Made by a program: the position numbers and the translations under genes. A model generated the notes under the pieces. It was not told where the DNA came from, did no database searches, and was given only the letters and a program-made list of their open reading frames with translations. 64,000 nucleotides of DNA from the human T2T-CHM13v2.0 reference genome, Homo sapiens: assembly GCF_009914755.1 (NCBI RefSeq), contig NC_060926.1. The stretch is one strand, 5' to 3'. Numbering within the stretch: the stretch's first letter is position 1; the number at the start of each line of letters is the position of its first letter. Shown piece after piece: positions 60,827 to 64,000 of this stretch.

Positions 60827-63800
60827 AATTCATCAGGATATTCATTCATTCATTCATTATTTTATCTATCAATTAGTTATTGATCATGAACATAAACCAG
60901 GCATTATTCTGAATGAATATACGAGAATGAAAAACAAATAAAGCAGGTATCAAGTTTTATACATATCCAATTATAGCACGAATCACATACTGAGCACATT
61001 ATTACTCAATACTTACTTGTTTGATTGACCTGAACAGACAATCGCATATAGCGATAACTAAATAAGCAGTAATTTATTATTTGGATTTCAGTGTGAAAAA
61101 GACAATTAGTTTTTCCTCCAATGTCTAGTACTTTAGTCTCTGGATTAAGCTACTTTTTTTTCTTTCAGAATAATTTCTCTCCCAAGAGATATCTTCAAGA
61201 TTTAAGCAACTTCATTGATAAGTTCTCAACAAGACATGTCCAGACATCTGAATCCCAGAAATTAGATAGCTTGAAATGAAGCTTGGGATTCTTGATAAAT
61301 ATGAAAAACAGAAAAAGTCACTTAAAGGGGCAAGAATATGTAAAAAGGTTTCCATATCTCATATCATGTAAGAAATGTGCTGAAAATGATAAATATTGTT
61401 CACTAAAAATGATTATAATTCAAGATGCTATCAGGGAAACAGATTTAATTGTATTTGTCTTAGACAAATTAGTTTTGGTTAAATGAATCTCCGGTGGATT
61501 GGACCAGGAAAGGTAGTAGGAAGCTTCTTTATTGTAAGGACCTCAATGAACTTCAGGTATTTGGAAAACTGAGGTGGCAGAAAAATCTGGTATTTGTGTC
61601 CTGCCCAGGTGAGCAGTGCCTGGTAAAAGAAGTACCTGTGTACTTTCTAAGAGCAGGACAATCTGCTGAATCATGAAAACTCCGAAGACAATTTTTTTCT
61701 TTTTTAATCCTGAGGGGGATAAAGGGAGACAGAGTTGTACAATAGAAAGATTCCAGGATTGAAAACATATAGTGTGCACCCATTGTGTAGTAGGTATCTC
61801 CAGAGACTATCTAAATTCTGGTTCTACTTCTGGGACTTAATGTCTTCACCTGTAAATTGTGGTGTCTGGTTCATCATAGAAGCTCAGTAGCTGTAGCTAC
61901 TACTACTATCACCATTATCATTACCACCACCAATGAAAAAGATGAAAGAGACTAAAGTGAAGCTATTTAGAATAGTGGCTACTTAAAGATTAAAAGTTAT
62001 CTTGCACAGGTGAAGAGGTATGTATCATTACTTGCCTAAGATTTTTTTTAAGTTATTAATTATCAAAGCCAGAATTCTCAAAGTCCAAGGTCCATACACT
62101 GGATGCAATGTTGTGCATCTTTTCCTGGAGCCACAGGATAGGAGTTTTGCCAATGTGTTGACAAGGGCCTCTGACATTACAGCATCCCACAGTCATATAT
62201 TGCAGACCAGGCATTTTACTACTTTATGAGCAGAATCTGCTTCAATACAGCAGCAGCTGAATTTGCAGTTCACAAAGAAGACTGGAACAAACATAGCCTG
62301 CAATGTTTATTTTATGTTCATATTATTTACCAAGAGAAACCATGCTCAGTTGTCCCAAAATGAGATGACATTGACAAGTTCTTACATTCAGCATTTAATG
62401 AGTAAATCCACAGTCTATGTGAATCCCATTGTCTTGAAAGTGAGGGAAATAAAACCACCAAGGGCCTCATTGACTTCAGAATTATGAGAAGTCCCTGACT
62501 ATATTACAGACTATTTATCCAAATAAATTTCTGATTATTCCACAATATGTCAATTCCAAGTGCCTACACACATGCTTCAGTTGCTCCTTGGGGGCCATTT
62601 TTCTACATAGAACGTGTTCCTGGAAAATACAGAACGTGATGAGAGAGCCTTGCTAAGCTGAGCAAGATGGGTGTGAGGGTGGGCAGCTATTCTTCAGGCA
62701 TTTGGGAAATTCTGAACGTAGAGCCTGAGCCACTTAAAAACTGTAGACCAATAATGCACGTGTGGCTGTCAGTGGAGGCCTGGTATGATAGAATTAAGCA
62801 GCAGCACTAAGGAAATCTGAGCATGTTCATTTGGGCATTTTTGAAGCACCTCAGACTAAGTGAGTTAAATGGTGATTATTGCTTTGCTTGGAAATATGAA
62901 CTGAGCAGCTCTATTTTTATTTAAAAATTTTTTATGACAAAGGTTATATGGGTTTATTGTATACAAAGAAATATAAACAAAAAAGATGAAAACTAAACTA
63001 AAGCCACTAATCAGTATGATCATTTTTACATATGCATATCCAGATTTTTTGTATTTATTCATTCAATTTTATTTAAATATTACCTATAAGCCAGGCATAT
63101 CTCTAAGTACTAGAAATGCAGGGAAGATAATATTTTTATCCATAGGTGATATGTATACATATTTTTAACAAAAATTGCACTCATACAGAGTACATACATT
63201 TAACCTTACCTTTTGTCAGTCAACAATGTCATGTAAATTCACGTAAAGACATAAACTTAAAAATGTAATTTCAGTGGCTATGATTACATTGAATGGCCAT
63301 GCAGTAGCTTATTTAACCAATATTTCTTTTTTTTGCATTGGAACTAGTTTCTAATTTTCCCCTATTAAAAATATCCTGATCAAGATGTTTGTAAAAACTG
63401 TCCACATTGTATTGGATAAATAATTAAATGTGGGTTTTATGGATCAAGAGAATGGGTCAAAAACATGGCAGTCATGTTTTTAAGGTTTCAAACAGGTTCC
63501 AAATGTCCTCCAAAAATATTTATCCAAGTTGTGTAATTCCTAAAAGGACATGCAAGTGCCTATTTCCTCACAACCTTGACAATCTTAATAATGTAATAAA
63601 AAACTAGATTTTATGAAAAGAGAGTATCTTATTTAGTTGTATTTTCCCTGTTTTTGATTACTAATTGAACAGTTTTTCATAAGCATATTGCCTATTTGTA
63701 TTTATTACTTTTCTGTTTTCTACTGATTTTTTAAAATTTTCTAATATAAGTTGTTAGCAGTCTTGGGGTGTTTGGGATAAATAATTTATGCTTATTTCCT

Positions 63801-64000
63801 TTAAGAAATTAATACTTCAGATTGGAGAATAAAACTACTGAAGAGTTTAAGAAATAAGCTGACAAAGTACAGAATCTTCATACCCAAGTTCATATCGTAA
63901 AATGTCCAGGACAACAATAAGTCAATGCCAAACTGAAGTGCATAGAAGGCTGAGATAATCCATGGGGCGTGGCTTCCCAAGTTTGCAAAAAGAAGGGGCT

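Overview
This is AT-rich, repeat-dense primate (very probably human) intergenic or intronic DNA. I found no intact host protein-coding gene, RNA gene or CRISPR array. It holds three processed pseudogenes with target-site duplications (TSDs): RPL15 (+, 30225-31207), YWHAE/14-3-3 epsilon (-, 38826-40594) and IDI1 (+, 58982-60826). From memory this trio matches RPL15P5/YWHAEP5/IDI1P1 at human 2q22.1; I have not verified that. Other content: a full-length Tigger1, two young L1PA insertions, many solo ERV LTRs (LTR12, MER11, HERV-W LTR17, LTR8, LTR15-like, MER34, THE1, MLT), Alus, and old L1M/L2/MIR/MER fragments. The most unusual structure is a twin-primed, 5'-inverted L1 into whose ORF2 a full-length YWHAE mRNA copy later inserted, leaving a 445-aa L1 ORF2::YWHAE 5'UTR fusion frame. 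Also notable are a 7-LTR nested cluster, two retroinsertions sharing one target site, and several fold-back hairpins. I see no convincing new biological system; the findings are evolutionary and mechanistic oddities plus testable regulatory hypotheses. Repeat subfamily names come from recalled consensus sequences and need RepeatMasker/Dfam confirmation.
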